Shown piece by piece: positions 25,097 to 38,059 of a DNA stretch of 63,891 nt (positions within the stretch are counted from its first letter, which is position 1; each line of letters starts with the position of its first letter). Location: NCBI GenBank assembly GCA_036172245.1, contig JAYWIR010000148.1, positions 1 to 63,891 of the forward strand, read 5' to 3'. The notes beneath the pieces were generated by a model that saw nothing but the letters and a program-made list of their open reading frames with translations, did no database searches and was not told the origin of the DNA. The position numbers and the translations under genes were made by a program. This DNA is from Raillietiella orientalis. Taxonomy: Eukaryota.

Positions 25097-27176
25097 GTAT
25101 AAAGCGTCCGGCTGCGTGAATGAGGATCTCCTTCTGGAGCTCCCGGGACGCCTCTGTCTCCCGGAGCACCTCGAGGCCTATTTGCGAACTCGCTGGTGCC
25201 ACGCGCTCATTTTTATCTTTTTCAGCGGCTGACACGTGTACGGCGTGCCTGTGCAGCGGGGCATCAGGCAGTGCGACGGCTTGAGCCCGTTGCACTTAAG
25301 CATCTTTTTTGAGTTGATGCTGAGGGCGTTCAGGTTGCGGCTGGCCAACTTACCGTGCTCTTCTCCAGAAACGCCGTCCGTGGCGGTCTACGCTGACGAC
25401 CAGCTACTCCATTTACCCATGACCACCCCGGCGTCCGTTCTTGAGAACTTCTTCGAGCTGATTTGCCGGTGAGCGGGAATGAGCGTAAAACGGAGCAAAA
25501 GCGTGGTAGTTCCTATTGATGCGGCGTGCGAAGGGCAGTCCGACTGGATCCGGCTGGGGATACCGCCCGCTTCGCACATCCAAAATGTGGGCGTTCCGCT
25601 GGTGAATATTAGCAGTGTGGAAGTGTGATCGGACTGCCTTCGGAAGGCTACGAGTACTCTGAGCCCGTTACACCTCTGCAGGTTTTTCCTGCCGGAGCGG
25701 GTTGCCATATGGAACACCTTTGTTGCCCTTCTCTTGCGCCCTCTGCTCTTTGTTTGCCCGCTTTCCTACTCAGCCAAGCTTTTTGCGCACAGCCTGTTGA
25801 GGAATGCTCTGTAGGGATCTACGAAGTCCAGGATCCGCCTCAAAGACTTGACAGCCCCGCGTGGGGATGCCGCATTAGGCATCCTGACGCTGAAGAGAAT
25901 CGAGCTGCAGGTGCAGCTTTTGATTTTGGCGCTGTGCGCCAACCTTTGGTCCACTTTGTAATGCGCACCCGCGCGCCTCCTCCTGCGGCGCTGCACCGGC
26001 AGCGATGCACTTCTGTCGCTCCGGCCGCAAACAGAGCGCTCCACGAATAGCTTCGGTTTCCCGTTGAAAACACTCTATCGGCTCCTGGAAGCCCACACAT
26101 GGATCTCTTGCCACCCAACGAACTTCTAATCCTGGCGGCAGGAACCGTTGCATGGCTGGGTAAAGCAACAGGACGTTTCCCTCCTGGAACTCTGTTGCCC
26201 TCATCTCTCCCTGTACTGCAAGGTGGATGAGGTGTGCAACAGCCAGGATAAGTGGACTCGCCTGGCCGTCAAGCCCCTCGTCGAAGCGCTGTTAGCCCTC
26301 AGAACAAGTGATGACAGCTACGAACCGGCAAGTTGGGAGGTCGCCTGAACCATCGCAGCAACAACACGATCCATTGGCAGCTGGAGGACTTGCGAGCTGG
26401 CAGACGCCGCCACGCCTCGCCATATCTCGAATGGACTCCTCCGATGTAGGAAACACTTGAGTGTGCCCTCCGAAGAACTTGTGGTCCCTCCCTCGTGTCT
26501 CAACACTTCTGTGTTCTTCCTTTCGTAGAAGCAGGAAGTCATAGTTCTGGTGCATTGAAGTTTTCACTCCAACCAGCGGACGAACCGTGTTTCCGGGGGG
26601 TTGTCTCTCCAAACTGCAAGCGGTGCGTGGAAGTGTTAACGCTCCCGCACCTGAGCCTGGACTGCAGTGCCCTCCTAGGACTTTGGTGGAGGCTGGCCTC
26701 AGCTCTCCCGCACCAGGGGGATACCGCGAGGGACTTGATGCGCCACTTCTTCACGCCAGGCGGCCTGTGTTTGGGTGCTGTCGTTGCAACCGTGTTTTGC
26801 ACCCGCGCCATCGACAAGGCCCACCGAGAGTTGTAGAAGCTGGACATCCTTCGTTAGCTCTTCGGATTATCCAGCGCAAGCGTGTCGTTGGCAGACGAGT
26901 GAGCCTATCTGCCAGAGGACGAAAGGAGAGAGTTCGCCGGCATCCATCGGCGGTCTGAAAGGAAGGAAAGGGGTTACCAAAGTCCCCTGTCCCTTGCCCT
27001 CCATATTTTTATTTTTCCACAGTAGTGTATATGTGGCCTTTTCCTTCCATTTCGGACTTTCGGCATATTGAATTGCGTGTCGGGGATTCCATCCCCTTCG
27101 TCTCTGGTTTTTCCTTTGTTTACGAACTTTGTTCCCGGATAATTTCTTAATAAACGCCCCGGCGCACTTGGGTGAT
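25097..27176 (+). mobile_element. Divergent family Z element, 3' part
   Basis: Degenerate KAFD, RGIRQCDGLSP, YADD, CKRCVEVLTLPHLSLDC; ends AATAAACGCCCCGGCGCACTTGGGTGA. Confidence 0.85.
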
Positions 27177-29214
27177 AAACAGCCGATCCACCGCGATCGA
27201 CTCTATCTCCTGAGCGTTCTCAACGGTGATCACATGTATCTTCTGCAGGAGCGCCAGGTCGAAGTGACGCAGAGTGTGAACCGTATTTCGCCTGTTACCG
27301 TCGTCGCTAAGCCCGTTGACATTCCAATAGGCTGCGCGAAACCGACGGCGACTGGCGAGTCCAGGTACTATTTTTAGGAAAGGGGCAGTGCGGCGTTAGC
27401 CTACTGCTGGTGCGAGACACTAGGTGGAGAAGGAAGCTCAGGTGTTGAAGACACCTGATGCGCCTCCTCCATGGGTAACGCCGCGTCGAGTGGATCAACC
27501 GCTGGGGGAGTCGCGCCTACCTTTTTGCCCTTCTCCATAGGGGCGGGCTGTTCAGAGACGGGGACTGCGGGGAGGACTTTACCCGTCTGCTCACCCTCCT
27601 CAATAAGGGTTGCCGGCTCGACGGCTTCCGAGTGTGAGAGTTCCCTTTTCGGGATTCCCACGCTTCTGCTACCTTCCTGCTTCTCCTCCTCGCTGGTGGA
27701 GGGGAGGCGCCTCCTGGGATCTGAGATTTGCGTCCCGACTGGCTATGGCGCGCCTCCACGAAGGAGGATGAACTTCCGGCCTCCAGGTCGCACTCACCTG
27801 CGGGGGCCTTCTTTGCTGGAGCCGGCCTTCGCACGGACTTACGCGATAGGTTCTCACGCTCGGCCAGCGTTGCCGGCAGCTCCTCCGCCGCCTGCGCGAA
27901 CGCGGCGTCTTCGCTGTCGCTTGGAGCGTCCAGCGGCTCACCTTCTGTGTACAGAAAGGGTTTGCCGTAGCGAACCTCGGGCGCGGCGGAAACGGCGAGG
28001 TTGGGCCCGTCGCTCCGGGTGGCAGCTTCAGGAACAGCAATGCGATCGAGTGCCACGGTGCACTCCCGCAGAGTTTTTAAGCGCTGCCAGGTTTTTTCGT
28101 CTTACCGACGTCTTCTTCACCGCTCTCATGGGTTTCGCGTGGAGCATCTTCTTTTTTCTGGCCTTAACCAGCTGCCAGCCGTCCTGGACTCCCCCGTCTT
28201 CGGTAGGTTTTTTTTCTGACGCCTGTGTGGGAGGAAGGGGGCCTGGCGGCTGCTGCCGGCCAGTATCTCTCTTTGGTCTTTCAATCAATTTTCCACCTTT
28301 TTTTCAGCGCTTTCTTGGCAGCTAGCGACACCGGAGTGGAGCATTTAGGGTATATGAGGCGCACTTGTCTCTTATCCGCGCAGAAATGACACACAATGTT
28401 CGGGCACCTCTTACGAAGGTGCCCTACTGCATTGCAGTAGCCACAAAAGCGGGGTTTCCGCACGTACCAAAGGTGTACTACTTCGTCTAGGACTTCTAGT
28501 TTGTGGGGAAGCCCACCATCCTGCTTTACCGTGAAACGCACTGCGGCCGGTCTCCCAAAAAGGCTTTCGAATGCATTGAAAATCGTGGATTTTGCCGACA
28601 ACGCGTGCACATCTTTGCATTTGTTCAATTGTTTACTAACTGCTGACCTGGTCATGCGGCTAGTGATACCTGTGAGATTGACCAACACGGAGCGTTCCCT
28701 CGTCACTGGTAATATCTTGCGGCCGTCGACGTTCAAAGGGTTGGTGATCAAGCTCTGAGCTAAGGTGATGTTGTTGCACACCACCTCGTCTCCCTGACCT
28801 TCGCTAAGAACCGACAGCCCGTCAAGATCTTGTTTTTCTATTCCGGCGTTTTGCAGCGTCGTTGAGAAGGCTCGTGCGGCTTTGCCATCGAATAAAGGGC
28901 TTATCTAATAAACAAGCTAAGGCCACCTTCCAGCATACTTGTATGCCATCTGCTCTGCCATGGTTTCCGCGCTAGGCGCGGCCACCATGGCGCTGCAGCT
29001 CCTAGCCTTGCGCGGCGAGGGCGATTCCGGGACGGACGCCCCTGATTCTGTAGGCTGTGGGGGTGGGCAAGCCTTACCCACACCAACCTCCATCGTGGTG
29101 TCCTCAGGCATCGCTACCATCGGACACCAACGATGTCCACACATCAAACACACACAAATAAAACCTTCCTAGCAATTCTTTCGGGAGCGCAGAAAAAACA
29201 CGTCCGCTGACCGT
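27177..29214 (-). mobile_element. Family C element, 5' part (ORF1 and first APE motifs)
   Basis: MVAMPEDTT start, CGYCNAVGHLRKRC, WNVNG, LLQKIHV; GGACGTG at about 29199-29205. Confidence 0.9.
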
Positions 29215-30001
29215 GTGATTTGGCGAGGGTCCTCGCAAACATAGGACTTATTTACAGGTGAGCCGGTACGAGAGAACCGCTAATGTCCGTCGCTTGGCCG
29301 AATACAGCGCTGGGGCCGAAAGCCAAGCCTGGTAATCCAGGTCGACCAGCCTGCTGGACGCCCAGGGCAGGGAATGGTTGTCCCCGGCGTCGGAACGGCA
29401 TCTCGTGCGGAGTTATTATTCCTCCCTTTACGCGTGAGCGCCCCCAGATCAAAATGCTTATAAGCGCTTGCTTCCGGATGGTGCCCCGGCAATAGGGGAG
29501 GAGGAGATATTTAGACTTGACGAGCCTTTTACCACCGGAGGAATTCTTTCTGGTATCAACAGGCTCAAGAGGCGAAAATCTCCAAGGGAAGACGGCTTAC
29601 TCGCGGAGTTCTTTGAGAGCATCGCACAAGAGCTCGCTCTCCTGCTGCTTTAGTTGACAAGGGTGATCTGAGATCAAAGCGAAGTTGCCTCCTCGTTTTG
29701 GTCGGGCAGAGTGGGGCTCCTCCCGAAAGGAGAAGTCCTCAGAAAATTGAACTTGCGTCCGATCACGATCGTGAATACGGACGACATGTTGATAGCTGCC
29801 ACCCGGTCACGCCGGGGCGTTTATTAAAAATTCTCTTCGATACGTGGTACAAGGCCCCACTACGGCCAACTCAACTGGACCTGCCGGGTCGCCAGTACGC
29901 AGACCGGCGCGACTCTCCTGGGCAGCGGAAGGGGGTGGGGGAAAAAACAAAAAGAAAAATAAAACATAAAAACAAGAAGATTTGGTAGGGTTGGGGAGGG
30001 A

Positions 30002-33000
30002 TCACTGACCACTGGGAGGAGGGCCCATCCTTCTCAGGATGCCCTCGAGGTCCGTCCGTATAATTACCAGGTGGGGACATCTGGTGACAATCCGCAAGTA
30101 GCGGACTGCAAGTACGACGGCATCCCTGTCGTGGCTCCGTCTTCCGACGTTGCTCCAGCACGTCACAATCCTGCGAACGCAGCAAAGTGCAGCCAGGGTA
30201 GCGGCTGGACGCAGGGCATCATGCACGAACAGAAGCCGAAAAACGTCTCTGGGCATGCTGCCCTCCTGGATCCGTAGGGAGGCACGAAGACGTTCCCACA
30301 GGGGTCGGAGGGCAGCACAATCAACAAGGAGATGTGGGAGGGTTTCCCGTTCCCCACAACTGATGCAGGTAGGATCTACTCGACCCCTGGTCCAGTGGTG
30401 GCGGCGTGCGTTGCAGGGTAGACCATAATGCAACAACAGAAGCGCCGACTCCTGCCACTTTAGGGTGAGGATCCTAGAACCAATTAATACCGGGGGCCAC
30501 TTCAGGTCATCCGGCTGGATGCCGATTAGCTCGCCCCATCTCTGCAGTCCTCTCGGCTGGACACTAGGGGTACTGGCGTATGCCAGTTTACCCGTGGACC
30601 AGCCGCTGATCAACTTCTCCTTGCCTGCGATGCGGCAGGAGACTTGCCACCTAGGCTTGCGGCTGCTGGAGAGCGCCCTCCTCAGGAAGGGCATCGCCGT
30701 AGCTAGGGGGTTGTCTCTGTCCACGTGCTTCTTGCGGGAAACTGGAGTATCTTCCGCAGAGTGCAGCGGGAATAGGCGCCGCGTCGCAGGCAGTTCCACA
30801 TCTCTTCATTCTTTTCATTAATCTTCGCCCACGTGCCAGCTGTCTCCGCCAGCCATGCGGAGAAGTTGGCGGGGCTGCATTCCATCCAACCGTTTTCCTT
30901 TGCCAGGGTTGCCATGCGTCCCAGGAGGAGTATGCATCTCTTGATCTTCGAGCCGCGGCACAGAAGATGAGACGCGAGACCCTCCGTTCCGGATACACGG
31001 CTGGCAAGGAGTCGGGCAGGAACGCACCATGGGGTGCTCCATAACTTCGGTGCGATGGCCAGGGTGCGCCACTGCAGCTGGATTTCTACTCTGTCCACCG
31101 TCAAAAGAGCCAGACCGCTATCTCGACGTGGAGCACACAAGTCCTTCAACTGGACTCGGGGCCTCCCTCTTCCCCAAAGGGCAATCCTCAGGAGGTCCTT
31201 CGTCCTTTTCTTCATGTCTCTGGGGACGGGGCAACAAAAAGTAGGGGGCGGAGGATGGGAGCCGCGAAGGAGTTCAACACCGCGGCCCGTTCCGGAAGTA
31301 GTAACGTGTCTTCCAAGAACGGGCCGATCGCCGTTTCTACGTTTTGGAGGCAGCCGGACCACGCATCGGAAGGGGAGTAATCTTCCAACGGCACACCGAG
31401 GTACTTGAAGCACCTCGCCGAGGGGATCCCCAAACGGACCCAGTTCTGCTGCCCAGCCCACGTCGCACCGACTGGCACCACCGACGACTTCGCCTTGTTA
31501 ACCTGCAGTCCGGTTCCGTGGTTGAGAAGGTCAAAGAAATTTTCGACTGCCTTTGCCAAGGTGGACATCGGCAACAATACCAGATCATCGGCGTACGCTG
31601 CTACGGCGGGCGTGCCGGGGCACGAGCTCGGCAAGGGGGCCAACGTCACCCTATACGCTCTCAGTACCAACTCAAGGTAAGTGCTAAAGAGCAGGTAACT
31701 GAGGCTGTCGCCCTGCTGTATGCCCCGCCGTACCGGCACGCCGTACGCCATTTGAACTCTGAAAGAGATATTCATCAGCGCGCTGCGCCAGCAAGAGCGC
31801 AGATAGGTCAGTAGGGAGGGAGGAAAGCCCATGCGTCCCAGGAGCTCCAGCAGGAGATCCTGGTCCACGCAGTCAAAGGCTTGATGCAGATCGACTGCGA
31901 TCGCTGAGGCTGCCTTCCCCACCTGGGAGTCGTGTCCCTGCATGGCTGACGCCCCCAAAGCGGGGCTGCCAATCCTTCCCTCTTCCTTTTCTTCACTACT
32001 CTGCACATGAAACCATGCGCTCGCGAAGAAGAGGTTGACCTCCATACTTCGCCCGGGAACAGCGTAATTCTGCTCCGGGCTAATTATGGAATTGGCCATT
32101 TGCCCCAGACGCGAAGCCCACAGTCCGGCGATCAACTCGGCGTCCGTGTTCACAATTGTGATCGGACGCCAGTTGCTGAGTTTCCTGAGGTCTCCTCCTT
32201 TCGGAAGGAGCCTCACTCTGGCTGACCGAAACGAGGCGGGCACATGGTCTTCATCTCGGATCAGCCTTGTCAACTCAAGCACCAGGGGTGATAACTCTGC
32301 CGCGAAGCATTGAAATAACTCCGCAGGCAGGCCGTCCTCCCCTGGTGCTTTCCGCCTCTTGAGACTTTTGATACCGGCGAGAATTTCGCCGGTGGTAAAA
32401 GGCTCGTCGAGGCTTTCCTTCTCATCCTCCCCTATTGCCGGGGCACCGTTCGGAAGCAAGCGCCGAGAGGCATCTTGGTCCGGGGGCCCCTGGCGTAAAA
32501 AGAGGAATAATAACGCCGCACGAGGTGCCGTATTCTAGCCGGAGCCGAGTGCTCCCGGCCCTGGTCGTCCAGCAAGCTGGCCGATCCGGATTGCCTGGCT
32601 TGGCGCTCGGCCCCGGCTCGGTACTCTGCCAGGCAACGGACATTGGGGGTCCTCTCGTACCGGCGGGCCTGTAAATAGACCCTATGGTTCCGAGCCTTCT
32701 CCCGAAATCCGGCGGGCAGGCGGTGCAGGGTGAACTCCTCGCAGAACTCGCGGACCGAGTCCTTGAAGAGGTCCCAATCTTTGAGACTGCGGAGGGTGAC
32801 GCCTTTGAGGAATTCGCGAAGGTGTTCCTTCGCATCTGAGATGCGCGTCCAGTCCCCAGGCAACCGCCACGCCCTGGACGGAAGTCCTTTGTCGCGCGGG
32901 CATACCTCCAATATCAATCTGGAATGGTCAGACAGTTCCGACGCAACTTTCCCCGTTTGCCGACCCGCGAGCACAGGTCGACGTCCAGGAAGACGTGGTC

Positions 33001-33581
33001 GATGCTGCTGACCATTTCCGGGAGTTACCCTAACAAGTTGCGCGTGCGCATGGCAGAGCACAACTCGTTAGTCGTCCGTTCCTGTGTGCGTGCCTCACCT
33101 GATAGCAGGCGGAGATTGATGTCTCCCGCTATCAGGTGAGCCACGCGAACGTTCGCTTCCACCAGCGAGTCGTGCTTCAGGCTTTCCAGGAACGCCGCGC
33201 GTTCCCGGTACCTCTTATAACCGCTCGGGGCGTATACCTTTGTTACGACGAGGTCGATCGTGTCGGACCATCTGAGAATCAGCTGGCCGACACGACCGGC
33301 TTCGTCGAAGCGGACGCCCTTCACGGCAGCGTCGACCGCCGGCTTCATGAAAAACTTGACGCCGCAGGTGAATCGGGTGCCGCATTGACACACCAGCCGC
33401 CCCCTGCGATCCTTTCGATCTCCTGGGCGTCCTCCCCGGTGATCACGTGGATCTCCTGCAGGAGTGCCAGGTCGAAGTCACGCAGGGTGGCTGCCGTGTC
33501 CCGTCTGTTGCTGTCGTCGCGCAGCCCGTGGACGTTCAAACATGCCACACGCAATCGACGGCGACAGGCGAGCCCAGGTGT
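30002..33581 (-). pseudogene. ORF2 (APE-RT-CCHC) of the family D copy, frameshifted
   Basis: 415-aa RT piece 31212..32459 with KAPGEDG, NWRPIT, QAFD, YADD; CISCGERETLPHLLVDC. Confidence 0.92.
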
Positions 33582-35320
33582 TATTCCCGGGTAAGTGGCA
33601 ATGGGGCTCCCGCCACCTGGTCGGTCGGGACGGATGGAGGCATAGGGGAACCGCCCAGCGGTTCTCCCACCTCCATGGGGGCCCATTCCTCGGCGGACCG
33701 GAACGATTGAAGGGAGCATGCTTCACGCACCTGCTTCCCCTCTTCCATGGGGGCCGATTCCTCGGCTGCGTTGGACGGCAGGGGGAGCGGTTCTCAGCTG
33801 TCTTCTCGCCCTCTTCCATGACCATCTCCTCCGCAGGCTCCACCGGTGGAAGGGGGAGGCAATGCCCTACCTGCTCCCCCTCCTCCATGGGGGTGGCCGG
33901 CTGCTTGGTGGCGGAGGATGGGAAAATTCCTCCCTCCGTTCCCACGCTGCCGGCTTCCCCCTCGGCTGCCGCTGCGTCCCCCTCGCTCTTCGTCGGGATG
34001 CGCCTCTTGGGATTCTTGGACTTCCGTCCAGTCTTCTTCGGAGGCGCCTCCGTGGAGGAGAACGCACTTCCGGCGTCCGGGTCGTGGTCACCTGTCGGAG
34101 GTGCCTTGGTCGCGGCCGGCCTTCGCAAGGCCTTGCGCGCGCCGTTCTAACGGTCGGCGAGTTCGGCCGCGAGCTCTTCCGCCGCCTGCTGGAAGGCGGC
34201 CTCGTCGATCGCGGCGAGCGCGTCGCGCGGTCCCCCCTCTGTTCGCACAGAGGGTTCGCCTTCCGTGATCGCGTTATCGTCGGCGTCGACTCGGGGGATA
34301 TCTCCCCCGGTGGCGGTCTCGGGTACCTCCAGACGCTCCAAAGCGACCGAACATTCGCGGATCAACGCGCGACGTTGTCTCCTATTTAAAGGAGACGTCG
34401 CGGGTTCCGCTGTCGACCCTTCGGTTTTCTTTGGTTTCTTAGCTTTAGGCTTCGCCTTCTGCCAGCCTTTGCTCTTTTCAGCGTCGTCGGTAGATTCCAC
34501 GACCGGCGTTGGCTGCACGGGCTCGGGCTCCGGATGTGGGTTCTGCCTCACGGGTGCCTTCGCAGGGTTTTCCGTAGCCTCCGCGCGTTTCCCTTTGGCC
34601 TTTTTCAAGGCAGCGGGAGCCGGGGTTTCGCGCTTCGGGCACACTTTGCAAAGGTGGCCCTTTTCTCCACAGTGGAAACACTGGATGTGAGGGCACCGCT
34701 TTTTCAGGTGCCCTGTGGCATCACAGTGTTCACAGTACTTGGGCTTGCCCACGTACCAGACGTCGACGGTCTCGTTGCCGACGTCTAGTTTGTGGGGTAG
34801 CCCTCCGTTTTCGTGGACGGTTACACGCGCACCAGCCATGCCAGTAAACAGTCTTCCGTAACTTTGGAAGACGTTGGTCTTGGGCCATAGCGCGTGAACC
34901 GTTCCGTATTTTCCGAGTTCCTCCTGTACGTCGGCTTTCGACATGCGGAGGGTGACTCCCGTGAGGTGCGTCACCACGGAGCGATCCTTCGTTACCGGGA
35001 AAACCTTCCGGCCTTCCAGTGTGATTGGCGCATTCAGGAGGTGTTGAGCAAGGCTCGCATTTCTGCAAGTCAGCTCCACCCGCTAACCACCACTCAACAC
35101 GGAAAGACCTTCCAGGTCTTCCTCTTTTACGTTCAACCGCTGCAACTCCCTTCCGAAGTTGCAAGCGGTGTTCCCGACAAACAGATTGCCTACCTTGTAT
35201 ATCAGGGACGGCTTGTATCCCTGCTCCAGGTAGGCTTTTTGCTCGGCGAGGGCTGCAGGAGATGGGGCTGTAGCCACTGAACTCCAGGTCTTCGGCGATG
35301 CCGAAGACGCATTCGAGGGT

Positions 35321-35497
35321 GCAGGTGCCCCCTTTTTCAAGGAGGCGGTTGCGCCCTTTTTCAGGGTTGCGGTTGTCCCCTTTTTTCAAGGGGGCGGTTG
35401 CACCCTGTTCCAGCGGGGCTTTTGCCCCCTTTTTCAAGGGGGCCTTTGCCCTCGTTTCCGAGGCGGCGGTTGCCCCTTTTTCAGGGGTGCGGCTGCC
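35321..35497 (-). repeat. About 24-bp coding minisatellite (about 7 imperfect units, GATAPLKK-like) in the ORF1 N-terminus
   Basis: Recurring gcggttgcccctttttcaaggg units. Confidence 0.8.
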
Positions 35498-38059
35498 GTC
35501 GCCTCCGTGGGGGCAGTTGCCCCCACCTTCGTGGGTTGGGAAGAGGAGCAAGCCTTTCCCCCTCCTATATCCATCGCGGTGTCCTCAGGCATTTCTGCCA
35601 TTGGACACCGCAGATGCTTCACACACAAACACAAAAGAAACCAAACGCTTTACACCAGGCGCGGAAGAGCGCTACAAAAACACGTCCGCACGCCAAGTTG
35701 ATAGCAGGGCTATGGGCTTCGCGTCTGGGGCAGGTGGCAGAATTCATAATTTGCCCGGAGCAGAGTTATGCTGTTCCCGTGCGAAGTATGGATGCCAAGC
35801 TCGTTTTCGAAAGTACGTGAATGCACCTGAAGAGGAGTCAAAAGGACGAAAACGGTAAAAATTCCAACCGTACTTTGGGGCTGCCAGTTGTACATTAAAA
35901 TAATTTCCAAGCAAGGAAGGGATATCCGGTCGAAGAAGGGGGCCCTAGCGCTCCCAGTCGAACTCCAGGAGACGTTCGTTTGCGTGGAGCAGGATCTTTT
36001 GTTGTAGCTCGTGCGTCGCATGGGCTTTCCACCCACTTTGATAACCTACCTGCGCTCCAGCTGTCGCAATGGGATAATTAATGTCTTTTTCAGTAGTCAG
36101 AAGGTGTATGGCGTGTTCGTTCGGCGGGACATAATGCATGGCGACAGTCTCAGTTCCCTGCTCTTTAGCACCTACTTTTAGTTGTTGCTGAGAGCGTAAA
36201 GGGTGAACTTAGCATCCTTGGAGAGCTCGTGCGACGGCACGTCCCCCTCAGCAGCCTTTGCCGACTATCTTCTGCTTCTGATACCTTTGTCCACCCCGGC
36301 GAAGGCGGTCGGAGGTTTCTTCGATCTGCTCAACCGTGGGACAGGACTGCAGGTTAACAAGGCGAAGTCGACGGTGGTCCCAGTCGGTGCGGCGTGGGCA
36401 GGGCAGCAGGACTGGGTCCGTCCGGTGATCCCCACGGCAATGTGCTTCAAGTATCTTGGTGTGTCGTTGGAAGCCTTTTTTTCTGCGGAAGCTGTCTCCA
36501 AAAAGTTGAGACGGCGATCGGCCCGTTCCTGGAAGGCAAGTTTCACTTGCCGGAACGAGGCGCACTTTGGAACGAATTTGCGGCCCTTAAGTTCCGCTTC
36601 TTGCTTTTTGTTTGCCCTTCCACTGTAGAATGCAAGAAGCGGATAAAGGACTTACTCCGCGTCGCGCTTTGGGGCAAGGGGAGGCCACGAGTCTCTCTGA
36701 AGGACTTGTGCACTGCGCGTCGGGACGGCAGTCTCAGCATCCTGACGCTGGAGAACGTGTAAATCCAGCTGCGGTGGCGAACCTTTTTCATCGCAGTAAA
36801 GATGTGGATCACCCTTCGGTTCATTCCGGCCCGCCTCCTCTCCAGGCGTGTGTCCCTGTGCGAAGGACTCGCGTCTTTTCTCCTGTGCCCCTGCCGGAAG
36901 ATCCGTAGATGCTGCCTACTGCTCGTGCGCTTGGCAACCCTGGCGAAGGAGAACAGCTGGATGATTCGTGTCCCCGACAACTCCTCCGCCTGGATGGAGG
37001 AGACTGCTGGCACCTGCGCTAAGCAAAACCCGAGCAGTAATGATCCGATGAACTACCTGCTTATCGGCCTATACGCTCTCTGCAAAATGCGAGACATACT
37101 TGAATTTCTTGCAAGACGCACGTGGGCGGATGCGATCTCCCTTGCTACGGCGATGATCTACCTCCGGAGGGCGCTTCACGCCCGTCATAAGCCGAGGTTG
37201 CAAGTTTCCTACCGAATCGCAGGCACGGAGGTGATCAGCGGCTGGAAAACAGGAGGACTGGCAAACGCCAAGATCCCGTGCGTTGAGCCGCGAAGACTGA
37301 AGAAATGGAAAGAGCTGCTCGCCATCCCCATGAATGTGCTGAAGTGGCCCTCGGTGCTTCAAGAATCCAGGATCTTGCCCCTTAAGTGGCAAGATTTGGC
37401 GTTGCTGCTGTTGCATTGGGGTTTACACTGCAACGCACGCCGCTTCTATTAGACAAGGGGAGCTATGGATTCTAAGTGTGCTAGGTGCGGAGAACAAGAA
37501 TCGCTCTTTCAATTTATCGTGAACTTTTCTACACTCCGTTCTCTTTGGGAACGGTTCGGAACAACCGTCGGGCTCACTACGGGCAGTACACCTAGAGACG
37601 TTCTCCGGTCCCTCTTCGTGAAAGACGCCATGCTGCTAGCCGCAGCCCTCGCAGCCTTGTGCTGCGTCCGAGGCATCGTGGTGGCCTGGAGTGACACCAA
37701 GAACGAAGGACTGAATCCAAACGCGTTGAATGTCATCCCATATGCCCAACGCTCCATGCGGAGAGCTTGTGGATGGCCCCAACTTTGGAATATAAGGATG
37801 AACCTCGGGGGCATCCTTCAAAGGATGGACCCTCCTCACAGCAAGCAGTGATTTTTTTCTCGCCCTCCAAGTTGTTTTGCTTGTTTATTTTTATTTTTAT
37901 TTTTGTTTTATCCCCATCCCTTTTCGCTGCTGAGGTACGCTACGCCGGGTTGCGTCCCGGCGTCCCGACAGGTCCCGTGCATATAGCCGTGAGCAAGGCT
38001 TCGTACCGCGGCTGTAGATTTTTCTCGAATAAACGTCTCGGGCGTACCTCGGTGACAAC

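Larger units (their letters stand above)
29797..35689 (-). mobile_element. Family D (C-related) element, full length (about 5.9 kb) with 14-16 bp TSD
   Basis: ORF1 about 35601 to 33581 (CEHCDATGHLKKRC, CFHCGEKGHLCKVC); ORF2 33581 to 30002; flanks acgacatgttgatagc (29781-29796) and acgccaagttgatagc (35690-35705). Confidence 0.93.
29215..38059 (+). mobile_element. Family C element, ORF2 linker to 3' end, split by the insertion at 29797-35689
   Basis: FGEGPRKHRTYLQ...VNTDDMLIA, resumes AKLIAGLWASRLG at 35690; CARCGEQESL; 3' end GGTGACAAC. Confidence 0.88.

Noticed and set aside
35321..35497. CRISPR-like repeat array
   Set aside because: Tandem coding units without unique spacers, and no cas genes.
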